A stretch of DNA of 63,491 bases, counting the filler, from Octopus bimaculoides (Eukaryota): NCBI RefSeq assembly GCF_001194135.2. It is 7 parts of 5 records of this genome, joined end to end, with 100 filler letters (N's around TTAATTAATTAA, not from the genome) between each part and the next. Parts side by side here need not be neighbours in the genome. Positions count along the whole stretch, not along the records: positions 36,635 to 53,556 come from NC_068990.1; positions 53,657 to 57,285 come from NC_068981.1; 5 more parts are not named here. One strand, written 5' to 3'. Shown here piece by piece: positions 39,560-53,700 of the stretch. Both the position numbers and the translations under genes were made by a program. Position 1 is the first letter of the stretch. Each line of letters begins with the position of its first letter. The notes beneath the pieces are model-generated. The model did no database searches. It was not told the DNA's origin and saw only the letters and a list, made by a program, of their open reading frames with translations.

Positions 39560-40050
39560 TCGACCACATTTTTGCACTTTTGGTTTTGTTGTCAATGGAT
39601 ATAGTCTTGCGCTGGTTAATATTTTTCTCAGTGATTTAGGTTGCATTTTGCTTTTGATAATTTTGTGTGAGCCTAAACTCTTGTGAGGATGGGAATATTT
39701 TGGATGATAATGTTAAAGGCTTCGCTGTTTCTAGGGTTACGTGTGGAGATGTATGGGAGTATTTTTAAGTCTGGTTTAGTAGAACCAAAAGTGCAAAAAT
39801 GTGGTCGAGCTAACTGTGGTACTTGCCCCCACCTTTTGAAGAGTTCAGAGTTCCACTTTAAACAAGGTGAAATATTTAAGATTAAATCAAATTTTACCTG
39901 TGCCTCGTAAAATCTACTCTATGCCATTACATGCTTAGGGTGTGGTAATAATTATATTGGCGAAACAGGACTATCACTCCGTCGAAGAAGCACTCTCCAC
40001 AAAGAACAAATCCGCCACTCACAATACAGACAGATACAGGTCAGTGGATA
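39560..40050. mobile_element. Penelope-like fragment with inverted 5' segment
   Basis: 39782-39560 on the minus strand reads ILPYISTRNPRNSEAFNIIIQN...PKVQKCGR; 39783-40050 on the plus strand reads PKVQKCGRANCGTCPHL...NLLYAITC.GC..NYIGETG.SLRRR..LHKEQIR. Paralogous to 10829-11548. Confidence 0.9.
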
Positions 40051-40069
40051 TATAGAAATCTCTTATGTC

Positions 40070-40105
<36 letters not shown>

Positions 40106-40180
40106 CAATTTTGCACATCAGATTGAAATCAGATGGACAAATCCATGAATTAATTAACAAGGCTGCTAAAATAGTGCATT

Positions 40181-40248
40181 GGTGGTGACAAGATATGAAC
40201 CCGGGACTATCCGTTTACCAGACAGAATGTTATCAACTTCGCCAACTG
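40181..40248 (-). mobile_element. tRNA-derived SINE head
   Basis: Reverse complement gttggcgaagttgataac...tggtaaacgg...ccgggttcatatc (A and B boxes). Confidence 0.5.
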
Positions 40249-42283
40249 CTTATTCAATGAATAAATAAAAGATGGCTAATTTCTATAAAACTATTTGAAC
40301 GGTCATATCATAATCCAACATCAAATGTTAAATAATTTCATAAATGAGTTTGCAAATGAATTTATAAATGAAATAGCTATTTAGTTTTGTAAACGTTGAC
40401 AGCAATATTACATTAAAAAGAAGACGAAAAAATATATATATACGCATACACAAACATTTGAAAGAAAATATTATCTGTTCATATGTTTTAAGAATGCTAT
40501 TATGAAGAATATTAAATATATTTCGAAAACAACTTCAATGATCTAATGTTCTGAATAAGTGAGCTCTTACATATAAAAGAAATAATTTAACCAGGTTATC
40601 ATTAGAGGAAATGAATATGGAACGATGGAGAAAATGCGAGGTCCTTATTTTCAAATCTTCTTTTGTTATGTTTGTTTTGTTATTATATTTTTGTTTGTTT
40701 TTGTTTTGTCTTCTTCTTCCATCTGCCATGCGTAAGATATAATTTCCTTTATATTTAGCTCTCTTCTCTTTCATGTCTCTTTCTCTGTTGTTCATTCACT
40801 TTTCGTTTTGTGTTATTTTTTTCTTTCTTTTTACAATATAACTCCCCAATTTTTGACAACGTCTATTTATTTGTTCTTTTACTCTTGTTCTCGTATTCTT
40901 TACTCTAAAAAGAATAAGTCAGCGAACGCCTTTGAGCATTTGAATTAAAGATGAGGGAAAAGCTATATTATTATTACAAACAAACCGATGAATCTTCAAC
41001 GACGCTAGTTGGGAAATAATAAACTAAAACAGCGTATCACAAACAAACAGAAACGAAAAGTAAAACGGAGGAGAACGTGAGGTTGTCTTTCGTTATCAAT
41101 AAGAGAGCGAAAGAGAGAGACAGAGACTGAGAGAAAAAGAGATACAGAGAGACAACGAAAGAAAGAGAGGAGATAGGGAGACAGACAAGCAGAGAGAGAA
41201 AGAGATGCAAAGATTCATAAATACATGACAGGTAACCTGCTGTGCAGGACAGGCGGCTATATGAACCAGCTTAGCTATTATTTTGTTTCTCCATTTTGTT
41301 TTCATCTTATATTATATTATGTTATATTATATTATATTATTGTATTATTTATATATACATTTTTGTTGCAAGTTTTTGTATCGTTTCCTAAATAGTTTGT
41401 GTCTATGTTTGTAGTTTGGCTTGGCATTCGTAACACAATCCTTGTACATGCAGCTTCGCAGTAAGCATTGAAAAGAATACAACTAAGCTGCTTCAGGTTA
41501 CATGTGAATATGGCTTACCTGTTGTTCATCACAAAGATATTTCGTCTTTTGGTGAGGCACCTCTACACCATAGCATAAAGGAATCCTGTTGAGACTGATT
41601 TCCTTTTGATTTAGCTCGTCCATTAGTAATATCTTGGCTTTTTAAACACTATTTAATACAATTTTCCCTTCTTTGCCAATGATTCTGTTTGTGTGTTTCT
41701 ACCTTCGCTTCTTTTTTCTACTTCACACACAATATTTGTTGTTCATTTTCTAAACCGAAATTTAGATATGTTCATCGGATAGATGCCATCTCATACTCTC
41801 TTTATACACAGATCATTAATCAAATTCAGTCATTCCTTTGTAAGAAGAAAATAAGCTGAAAGTGCCTTCCAGCTATATAAGTATACAAACTCAATGGACA
41901 ATATCTTAATCATATCACATATATTAGATGTGATTATATTACCATAAACACACATATATAAACATACATTCGTATAAAATACACATATGTATTCATATGT
42001 AAGTACATCCGCGCATAGAGTAGACAGATGAATATATATATGTATCAGTATGTTCGTATCTATATGCATATAATACATACATATATATATATATNNNNNN
42101 NNNNNNNNNNNNNNNNNNNNNNNNNNNNNNNNNNNNNNNNNNNNNNNNNNNNNNNNNNNNNNNNNNNNNNNNNNNNNNNNNNNNNNNNNNNNNNNNNNNN
42201 NNNNNNNNNNNNNNNNNNNNNNNNNNNNNNNNNNNNNNNNNNNNNNNNNNNNNNNNNNNNNNNNNNNNNNNNNNNNNNNNNNN

Positions 42284-42315
<32 letters not shown>

Positions 42316-42793
42316 GTATGTATGTGTGTATGAATGTATATATGTTGATATACATAGAAATATAATCGCATATACCGCATACAAATTTATATATAATTAT
42401 GTATACATACACACATACATAGAATTATAGGTGTATGTATACACGTATGTAATAGCGATATAAGCATTATATATATGTATTTATATATATATATATGTAC
42501 GCATATATATGTGCTAATGTATGAGTGCATATGTATGTATGTATGTATGTGTGCGAGTGCGTATGTGCGTGAGTGTGTGTATGTGTGAGTATACATACAC
42601 GAATGCTTGTGTTTGTGCGCCTAGTTTCGTCTGACCAGGAATGTAGACAAATACACATATTCATTCGTGTAGATATTAATATAGCTCTCTGTTGTCTTTC
42701 TTAATCGTGAACAGAAACATGATTTTACTAAAACACTTATACTTCTTTCTATCGCTTTTAATCTTTGTATCTTACCGTCTCTTTCACTCTGTC

Positions 42794-42878
<85 letters not shown>

Positions 42879-43719
42879 GTCTATCAAATTATCTATTTCT
42901 CTCTTTTTCTTCCTCTCTTCATAGCTACCTCTCACTCTATATGTATACACGCATATATATACATACATTGATGTGTATGCACATATATATGTTATATTTG
43001 TAGACAATACATATATATATGCATAATGCATATACAAACTCACATGCGCACACACCCCCCACAGACACACATACGCATATACATGCACAAATATATACAT
43101 ACATGCCTCCTTTCAAACACAAATGGGTTTGCTTTTCACGTAGGTGTCTTATACAAATTGCAAACACAGGCATCCGTTCACACACAGTAAGCATATCAAC
43201 ACACACACACTTCTAATCTATTACTTCTCACGTACACACACACACACTACACTCACACGCATATTTCTGTCACTCACACAGACAGACAATCATCTATTGT
43301 CTATTACATAGATATAAGCGAGTTCCCCATACATTTTCCAGTGTAAGAAAATAAGTTACTTTAAATAATATGACGAATCAGATACGAGAAGATACCGAGA
43401 CACACTCTGAAAAGCATTTTGTCGTTTTCTATAGAAGAAACATTCAACTGAGATATATTTTTGTTTGTTTCTCATTATGCTGGAGTTCTCTTCAATGGGA
43501 CAGAGTTGCGAGCTTCGTTTGCTTGCTATTTTAAAAACGTATCAAAATGATTCCGAAATAAAAATGAGAAACTGAAATGGCGAAACGAGACTTTGTTTCA
43601 CCTTATGGGATTGTACTCTGTGTAAATGCACTGCTATAAGAGAATATACGAGTACTTTGTCCTCGTATTTAATCTGCTTAAAAAAAACTCCTATGATTCG
43701 GAAAAGAGAAAGGCGATCA

Positions 43720-44300
43720 GGGGTGCTCTTTACAAAGATAAAAAGAGACAATACTGGTGCTTTGGAGAGCATACGTTCTCCGCCAGTTGGACTGCTACTC
43801 CCAACTATGGTCACCACACAATATAAAATTAACGATGGAACTCGAAGCAATGCCACACAGCTACAAAAGAAAATCGTCTCAACGCAACGTATCAGCTGCT
43901 GAAAAAGACTGAAAGAATTAAAATTCTTCTCCTTTGAACGAAGTGAGGAAATAATTGTGGTAATATACATCTTAAGCATTGAAAGTTATGCAAGAGGTAG
44001 AAGGGGACGCCACTGCGAATTGCCCAAAATCCCAGCAATTCCATCAAAACACAGGACTAGGTACTGCAACAGCTTGGGTTCCAAGGGCCCACAGCTCTTC
44101 AATATCCTTCTAGAAATGCACCATTATTGTCTCCTGCAAGTTGTGGATGTAAGTGTCTTCAACGCAAAGCTGGATCTCCTCCTGTCAAGGATTCTAGATG
44201 AGCCAACCTCACGGCAAGAAACACAGATGAGGGCAGCAGCATCAATCTCCCTCATTCACCAAATTCCACATATTAGAGGAGATTTCAAATAATAGCGTAG
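43720..44300 (+). mobile_element. CR1-like LINE 3' coding end
   Basis: YVLRQLDCYSQLWSP, RLKELKFFSFER, GRHC..P.I, YCNSLG.KGPQLFNIL, KLDLLL..I.DEPT. Confidence 0.8.
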
Positions 44301-44376
44301 TACAGTCAACCGTAATGCCGCAGTTTGATCACAGCTTTGAAGCTGAAACGGTTTATGGATTAAAGATTAATATATA

Positions 44377-45551
44377 CTAGGCTGTTTAACCTAAAATATC
44401 GCATTTTTAAAAAATTAATTATGGATACCTTGCATTTAATCTAGACAATTTTTCTTTCACGACAATATTGGTATACAAAATTCGTACCCACAGACCTTAT
44501 GAAACAACCAAACTATGTTGAGTGATTTTCTCGTATGAGAAAAAACTCTGCTGCAGAAGCTCTAGGGAATATCAAGCGCGTCTTTGGTAATAGCTTTGTT
44601 GACATCAAAACTGTTCAGAGTTGGTTCCAAAGCTCTTGTTCAGATGATGATAGCCTTGAAAATAAACAAAGGCCATGATGGATTAAATGCTTTGGTTCAA
44701 AAATATCCGAGAATAACGGTCCGAAATCTTTAATCAGAACTCCAAATATCTCGCACATGTTTTGGACACCTGTAAAAAATTGGAAAAATCAAGAAAATGG
44801 TTAAGTTTTCACATCAACTGAATGAGATTAAAAAAAAAACAGAAGTCTCGAAGTGTGCTCCTTATTGCTTTCTCGACTGGAAAAAGACCATTTTTGCACC
44901 AAATCCTTACTTGTAATGAGAAATGGGTAATCTTTGACAATAGCAGGAGAACAAGTTAGTGGTTAGGTGAAGGAGTGCAACCTAAACACTACCCAAACCC
45001 AACATTGCACCCTAAAAAGTTAGTGGACACTGTATGGTGGAGTTATTCCTTATTCATTTTTGCAACAAGGGAAAACGGTAACAGCAGTATCGTATTGCTA
45101 GGAAATTGATTGTATGCATGAGAATTGTAAAAAGAAGCAGCTCAGGCTAGTGAATAAAGATGGCCCAATTTTGCTCCACGACAATGCACGTCTTCACTTT
45201 CCTCAAGCTACGATCCAAAAGTCGCAAAGACTGAATTATGAGATTTTGCAACATCATCCCTATTCCCTTCATATCTCTCCTACTGACCATCACTTATTCA
45301 AGTATTTTGAGCTTTTCATAAGCAATAAAACATTCTTAAGTAGAGAAGAGGGAATTGAAGCATTCGGACAGTTAATCACAGCAAAAGATGAATTCTTTTT
45401 CTAAAGATGGAATACATAACATAGAGAAACATTGGATAAGCGTCATAGATGAACATCGATCATACTTTGATTAAATAAATCAGTTTTCTAACAATTCTGA
45501 AACATTTTGTTGTTACCTTTCAATTACGACATTTCATGCGAAACAACCTAC
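44377..45551 (+). mobile_element. Near full-length decayed mariner (DD34D) with TIRs and TA flanks
   Basis: AAEA..NI...FG...TVQSWF, QILTCNEKWV.FDN, LHPKK, LLHDNA-34 aa-SPTDHHLF; TIRs taggctgtttaacctaaaatatcg / reverse complement taggttgtttcgcatgaaatgtcg. Confidence 0.9.
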
Positions 45552-45641
45552 TATATATATATATATATATATATATATNNNNNNNNNNNNNNNNNNNNNN
45601 NNNNNNNNNNNNNNNNNNNNNNNNNNNNNNNNNNNNNNNNN

Positions 45642-45690
<49 letters not shown>

Positions 45691-45869
45691 AAATTAAAAC
45701 AGATGGACACATTAGTATAATTTCTATACAACAACGATTCGATAAATAGAATGTATTTATTGTAAAATGTAGACCACACCTGAACATGAATACTTAACCA
45801 ATTTTCACTTTTGCAAATATTTTAATTCATGAAGACATAACCAACTTATTTAGATTACTTGATTACCGC

Positions 45870-46195
45870 TTTTAAATGTTTTGTGTAACATCATTCCTGA
45901 ATTGTCAGTTACTTTACCAGATATAAAATTGAAATCGGAAAGCGATAAATTTATTATGAAAATGAAAGAAATACTGAAGTCTAAAAGTGATAGAAATACA
46001 CGCAACACAAATGCGAACCATATCTCACTGTGTGACAATGTGTTGATGTATTCACACGAGCCGCACTACAAAAATGATTATTAAAGGAATTTCATATGGG
46101 TCACCCGGGGACTTCAGGAATGAAATTATTAACGAGCGGTAACGTATACTGACCAACAATGAACCGTGACATTGGAGAATCTGTGAAATCATGTA
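45870..46195 (+). mobile_element. Ty3/Gypsy pol relic (RNase H-integrase connection and zinc-binding His motif)
   Basis: SLCDNVLMY then LKEFHMGHPG...Y*PTMNRDI...VKSC at 46081-46194. Confidence 0.8.
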
Positions 46196-46199
46196 ACCA

Positions 46200-46420
46200 C
46201 TCCGCTGTATCATCCTAGGTCAAAGGCACAAGCAGCGTTTTGCTGATATTTCCAAGACGGCGCTGAAAAACAGGAACAGCGAAGTGAACAATAGTGGTTT
46301 ATTGTGGTGCACTCTAGGTACACATTCACAAGTACTGAGAGAAAGCACAACGTTTACTGAACGTCACAATGGGTGCACTCACTGCACGTATTCTACAATC
46401 GATTATAGGTTCCACATCCA
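46200..46420 (-). mobile_element. Possible LTR remnant
   Basis: Minus strand has a TGTGACG start-like motif and AATAAA, adjacent to the Gypsy relic. Confidence 0.3.
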
Positions 46421-47877
46421 AGCGCACAGAAGGCTCCGAGTTAACTGAAGAATAAGGAATAACACAGGTGGGTTTATACCTATACGTACGCATGTATGTA
46501 CGTATTATGTAAGTACCTCTCTATCTATACGATATATATAATCAAAATAAGCAATAGAATATCAGGTTTTGATACGGTACCACCGTTTCCAGCAGCTCCA
46601 TTTAAGTGAACAATGCATTCATTACATCCATGTTAATGTAGTGCCATGATATCTTGTTGCTTATTTTGATTTTATTCACCTTAATTCGAGCTGTGCGGAT
46701 AAAACCGGACTGACTTCGTCCTTCAACTTAAGTACCTAATTAGTTCTTATATATATATATATATNNNNNNNNNNNNNNNNNNNNNNNNNNNNNNNNNNNN
46801 NNNNNNNNNNNNNNNNNNNNNNNNNNNNNNNNNNNNNNNNNNNNNNNNNNNNNNNNNNNNNNNNNNNNNNNNNNNNNNNNNNNNNNNNNNNNNNNNNNNN
46901 NNNNNNNNNNNNNNNNNNNNNNNNNNNNNNNNNNNNNNNNNNNNNNNNNNNNNNNNNNNNNNNNNNNNNNNNNNNNNNNNNNNNNNNNNNNNNNNNNNNN
47001 NNNNNNNNNNNNNNNNNNNNNNNNNNNNNNNNNNNNNNNNNNNNNNNNNNNNNNNNNNNNNNNNATATATATATATTGATTGATTGATGGATTGATTGAC
47101 AGACAGAGGTATACATGGATAGATGGACAGATATAGAAATAGTCAGATGGATATAGATATAAACGTACCCAAGGAGTTTTCGTCAGCTGGTGTAATGTGA
47201 TAGGTATTATTATGAGTGTTCAGTTTGGACTGCAAGTGAATAACGTGGCGGTGCTGCAAATAATGTCATACGTACACATACATCTATACATAAAGCCACA
47301 CGCATAAATCTATGAATATACACACTAGCACACACACACACATATACAACGTGTTTGTGTATATTTGTTACTGAGTCTACATTTCTGTAAAAGGAGCAGA
47401 AATGGTTTTGTAAGAAAATGTGTAATTTACCGAGGAGGTTCGAGAAAGGTAAAATGAGATCAATACTGATAAGGATAATTCTAGTTGGAAATAATGCAAT
47501 GAGTTTACCGCGTAATTAGAAAAAAAATCTATACACAAACACAACACAAATTTGGACTTGTATGTGAGCGAGGATGAATGTATGCATGCATATGTATATC
47601 CGCTGTGGGATGGTTATCTCCCTTGTTAGTATATGAACATGTGCTTTCTTGCGCCTCTAAGTGTAACTTTAAGTCCTATTTCTAGCAATATATGGGATAA
47701 ACGCCACCATCAGTCACTATTTGTGATAATTGAATTTTCCCTTCTTGTTAATATTGTGTATAGCTGCCTTCATTATTTTATAATCTTCATACAACCATTT
47801 TGCTGAATCATCGACTGATTCATATGGTAAATATATGTATAAGTCGGGATTCAGCCAAAACCTCTAGTAATGAAATA

Positions 47878-47925
47878 GTCACTACTGATGAGCTTATAAT
47901 ATTCAAGCGAACTACTATCGTGGAT
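47878..47925 (+). ncRNA. Hammerhead-ribozyme-like remnant
   Basis: CTGATGA (47885-91), stem II GCTT/AAGC with a 9-nt loop, GAA (47909-11); stems III and I are imperfect. Confidence 0.4.
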
Positions 47926-48121
47926 TTGGTCGATGTGGGTCGATTATCTCCTCTGTCAGTATATGAAAATATGCTTTCTTACGGTTCTATAGGTTTTAAT
48001 GCTTATTTTTAGTAATACAGGTGCAACCCGGCACCTTCGGTCACTATTAGGGACAACTGAATGTTTCCTTTTTGGTTTTATATTACGTATAGCAACCTTC
48101 ATCATTATATATATATATATG

Positions 48122-48179
<58 letters not shown>

Positions 48180-48914
48180 TATAAGAGGGATGACTTGAAA
48201 GTGGACCTCATATGGTTTTGAGAACAATCTTTTCTTAGTGGGCAGACCATAATCTAGCATAATGAATGTCCTCTTAGTGGTCATCCATATTATGTGTATG
48301 TAATATAATTTTTCTGATTCTTCAGAATTTTTCAATATACTAGGCAACTGGTTTTAAATTGATATTAATCTAATTAACTTTCAATTATTCCCCCTTAATA
48401 TTTAAATATATATATATATATGTGTGTGTGTATGTGCGTGTGTGTGTGTGCGTGTGTGTGTGTGTGTGTGTGTGAGTGTGTGCGTATATTGATATATGTA
48501 TATATGCATGAATATGTATATATGTACCCGTATGTTAAGTTTTAACAGGAATATATTGATAGCATGGGTTTGTCTACCTTCCTCAAGAATGGAGAGTCTG
48601 ATAGAAGCAAAAAAAATAATAATAATGATTAAGCCGAAACTTGGAAGTCTTGTATCCCTATCCTTTCTATATCTAAATAGAGTTGTACTCTACTGTATAT
48701 ATTAAATATTTCTTCAGTTTAATGGTAAACAGGTTCTACATATTACTTGACAAGCATTTATAGATAAATATATATATATATATACATGTTATATATATAT
48801 ATATATATGTACGCATACATACATAATATACATACATATATAAATATATATATATATGTATGTATATCTATATATGTATATGTATATATAGATGGATAGA
48901 TAGATAAATAGATT

Positions 48915-48964
<50 letters not shown>

Positions 48965-49123
48965 NNNNNNNNNNNNNNNNNNNNNNNNNNNNNNNNNNNN
49001 NNNNNNNNNNNNNNNNNNNNNNNNNNNNNNNNNNNNNNNNNNNNNNNNNNNNNNNNNNNNNNNNNNNNNNNNNNNNNNNNNNNNNNNNNNNNNNNNNNNN
49101 NNNNNNNNNNNNATATATATGTA

Positions 49124-49158
<35 letters not shown>

Positions 49159-50618
49159 TCATACATGCATACGAACACACATTACTTTGCATGTGGACTT
49201 ACGTCTGATGCTCTGAATCATGCTGAATTCGGGTAGACGCTGTCAGACCCAAACCTGTAACTACAGCAATCCTTGGATGTGTAAATTGTTTACTTGACTT
49301 GTCTATAAAGAATAGTATATATACAAAGGCCTTTTCTCTGTTGTCAAACGCATACATGTCTGCACACACTCATACACACACACATAGGCTCACACATACT
49401 TTATACATATATTTACATAGATTTATATATGTATATATACACACAGAGAGTGAGAGATAGCGCGATACGTATGTACACTCTCACTTTCAGATATATCCAC
49501 ACATCGATATATGCATGTGGATATGTGGATATGTTCATTTGTGTAATTACATCTATATATGGGTGTGTATGTCAGTATGCATGCCTTGATATATGTCGAC
49601 AGATATTCATTGATCAACGTTCGGACCAATAGCAGGAAATAAAAGATAGATTTTTCAAGCTGTACAATGGTCTGTTCATAAAGGCATTAATCTACTTCAC
49701 TATAGACATTCATTTATCCTCTTCACGGCTCTGGCATATATATTTCATTCCTCCATCTTACTGTTCACCATATTTTATTTCGTTTTTTTTTTCCTCTTGT
49801 TTTTCTTCAATGGTTTTGCTTGTCGTTTGTTTGTTTTTATTTACGATTCGTTTTGCTTTTACCTCGTTTTGTTATCTTTTGCTTTATAAATCGCTTTTGT
49901 CTGACTGACATTTTTATCTATTCTAAAGAATTCGTCAAAGTAAATTTGTCAACTATAATAGACAGGACCACACTAGAATTATTCTTTGTATAAGGTGTTG
50001 CTGTTATTTTCCTTCTATTTTATATTTTTAGTTTTGTAAAGCCATGCCGTTTCAGCAGATCATTATTTTCTTCAATACTAACAGTTTCTTAATTTCATTC
50101 AGCATACCCTGGCTTATCTATAATCTAATTCTAAATTATATAATAAACCATCCTTTCGTAGTCGTCGAAACTCCACGATCGTCTAAAAAAAAACGACTGT
50201 CAGCTTCCTGTCTTATATTTTTAGTATTTTTTGTGGACGGCATGATTTCCGTTATTTTTTTCATTTTTTTACCACTCACATTATTATTATTATTATTATC
50301 ATTATTAGTGTTGTTTTTGCTATTTTCTTTTCTTTCTTTCGGTTTGGATATCTTGTATAGTTCTTTAGAAGTTATTGTATTTGCTTAACAAGCATAATAC
50401 AAATGCATAATTGAGTGCTGTTGGAATGGATACGGCGTTCAATAGAACTGTGAATAAAAGAAATATTTTTTTAAAGGTTTGAATTTGACCAAAGCTAGTA
50501 ATCAATGGCATACGGGGAAAAAATGTTTAAAAAGAAAATTTCTCAGCTCAGTGATAAAATAAAGGCGACGATTGCGACTTGCCATAAAGACATCATTTGA
50601 TTACACATACATACATAT

Positions 50619-50693
<75 letters not shown>

Positions 50694-50771
50694 CAAATAT
50701 ATAGAGATATTTTGTACATATATGTATTTATATGTGTATGTATATATGTATAAATATATATAAATTTGTAC

Positions 50772-50805
<34 letters not shown>

Positions 50806-52029
50806 GCTGTTCTCGATCATAAATAATATAATCACACATCTCCCTGTCTACAAGTAGCAAGATATGGTGTGTGCAATTATTTTGCTTCCATTATTTCTGT
50901 TTTCTTCAATAGATATTATTGTCTGCTTTTGATAAAAGGAATTGAAATAGTTGTGAATAAGGGATCTTCTCTATGTATGAAGATATATTATTTTGGTGAT
51001 GACTTCGACTAGTCACCTATAAGTAGATGCCCAAGCACTCTCTTGATTTCATTTACATGACGTTTCTTTATGCCTAACAATTTAAAGTGCGTATATGTTG
51101 ACGCATTGAAGCAATTTATTACATTAGTTTTACATTTAGCCCATCAAAAATTATGGGCCTAGAAGACAGAATTTGTCACATGATAATTCCTCACTGCTTT
51201 TTATGCCTAATCGCCATTTAATTCCGCCCAGAGAAGTTTTGAAAGTTGTCATGAGAATAAAAAGAGTAAAAATAGCAATATTATGTTTAATGCTTGTTTA
51301 AAATACCCGTTCATAGAACTGTGCTTTTAACATACCTGAATTTAAAAGATAACAAATTTGACAAAGAATTCAGTGAACCCCATTTTATATTTTCATACCC
51401 GAAATGAGAAATATCCACCCACCTACCAAGGCTACCACTTTTCCTGGAAGGATTGCTGGAGGTAGAGTTGATAGGCAATTCTTCCATAGGGCCCAAACAG
51501 AATCAACCGTCATTAGACTTTCCGGTTCGATTCCTGAGCGAGACCAAATCTGATAATGGATATTATCCAATACACCTTCTTTTCTGTCAACTCCTTGGTC
51601 ACCTTAAGGATGGCTCGCTTAAAGAATCAGTCTTGCACATCCCTCCGGTGCCATTCTAATCGCATATCTGTTTACAATAAATTAACTCGATATATTTTGG
51701 CGGGGATTTATTCAATAGGAGGTTATGCGTAGACGTCATATTATGTTTGAATTTGTGTTCCTATGTAAAAAAGAAAAAGATTATTTTGAATCATATATTA
51801 AGGTTCAGGTAGAGTGAAGTATTAGATTTTTTAATATTGATTTTTCTGGAAAAAGATGCTATTAACAAATCAAAACTTGTCCATGTTTTTTATTCTCGTT
51901 TAACAGTTGCTTGCGCCATTTTTGAAAATTACACTTATGTGAAAGGCTTGAGAATCACACCATTCTCTCAAATATATGTGTAGTTCAAACAAAATAATAA
52001 ATTCTGCTATCGGCACAAGGCCTGACATT

Positions 52030-52212
52030 TTGACGTAGGCGGTTAGTCGATTACATCGACACCAGTGTTTAACTGGTACTTGATTTATCACCCCAAAAAG
52101 GATGAAAGGCACATTCGAAGCGGATAATGGACTGAGATCGTAAAGACGGACAAATTGGCGCTAAGCATTTTCTTTTCTCTGCGTGCTAACGATTCTGCCA
52201 GCTCACCTCCTT
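52030..52212 (-). mobile_element. Meta-like tRNA SINE, reverse
   Basis: agtcgattacatcgacaccagtgtttaactggtact...ggatgaaaggca...gtgctaacgattctgccagctc. Confidence 0.8.
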
Positions 52213-52369
52213 AAAGTTCAAACAAATATAATAATAAGTGAACTGTGACGCAGTTTCGATTCCTTCTTGATGTTAATTCACCTCATTTCTGATACGCATT
52301 GGGTAAAATGGGATTATCAGGAAACTTTCCACTAAAGGTTTCGGAAATTAGTATAGTTTATTAGTATTA

Positions 52370-52790
52370 TAGGCGCAGGAATGGCTGTGTGGTAAGTAGC
52401 TTGCTTACCAACCACATGGTTCCGGGTTCATTCCCACTGCGTGGCACCTTGGGCAACTGTCTTCTACTATAGCCTCGGGCCGACCAAAGCCTTGTGAGTG
52501 GATTTGGTAGACGGAAACTGAAAGAAGCCTGTCATATATATGTATATATGTATGCGTATGTGTGTGCATATGTTTGTGTGTCTGTGTTTGTCCCTCCAAT
52601 ATCGCTTGACAACCGATGGTGGTGTGTTTACGTCTCCGTAACTTAGCGGTTCGGCGATAAGAGACTGATAGAATAAGTACTAGGCTTACAAAGAATAAGT
52701 CCTGGGGACGATTTGCTCGACTAAAGGTGGTGCTCCAGCATGGCCGCAGTCAAATGGCTGAAAATAGTAAAAGAGTAAAAGAGTAAAAGA
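52370..52790 (+). mobile_element. CORE-type SINE, full length
   Basis: Near-identical to the 15231 copy. Confidence 0.9.
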
Positions 52791-53656
52791 CATCGTTTCT
52801 TTTTTACATTTTTTTTTTTTTTGAAGAGTAAAATACGGATGTTTAATCCTTCTAGTTCTTAAAACCATTGAGAGATAAACTTGTTTTACATCTCACTGAA
52901 AAACCGTATGGAGAAGCCAGTCTAGTGATATCCTCAAACATCTAGCGATAATTCTTTGTGTGTCAAGGCTTTGCATTTTTCATTTATAAAATGATATCAA
53001 GATAGATATTTCTAAAACAAACAAACTGGCGTGAAAAAGGTTGATACTTTCTGCTAAGATCTCGTATCAGATCTGATCGAACATTCTTATGACCAGACTC
53101 ATTCCATCCAATCCCGTCCAGTTTTGTACATCAGGCATAATATAGCCAGGACTAGGTTATTCAGAGTAGTGTTCCATTTTTTTTATCGAGTCCCGTGTGC
53201 GATTTGAGGCAGATTTGACTGCTGTTGTCATCGAGTTACACGAGCATATTATGGCTTTTTCGTTGGTTAGCCAGACCACCATACGTTCAAATTAGCTACG
53301 CAGTCGTTTTCATTTTATCTTATTGAGATCTTCTGGAGTATGAATCGATGAACCTGACATTCGCCATCCCACTGCGAAAATCTGCCAGACAGATGAATTT
53401 GAAATTCTTTAACAATTGCAAATCGACAATCTGCGGGAACAGTATTGATCGGGGTGGAAATTCCAGTGGCAAGTTATTTTCTGACAAAAGAATTGGACTT
53501 AGCGTGCTACACAATATAGAAACTGAAATATGAAAAAAAAAAAAAAAAAAAAAAAANNNNNNNNNNNNNNNNNNNNNNNNNNNNNNNNNNNNNNNNNNNN
53601 TTAATTAATTAANNNNNNNNNNNNNNNNNNNNNNNNNNNNNNNNNNNNNNNNNNNN

Positions 53657-53700
<44 letters not shown>

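Noticed and set aside
50543-50599. [17 protein letters not shown] signal-like peptide
   Set aside because: In-frame TGA before any donor site.
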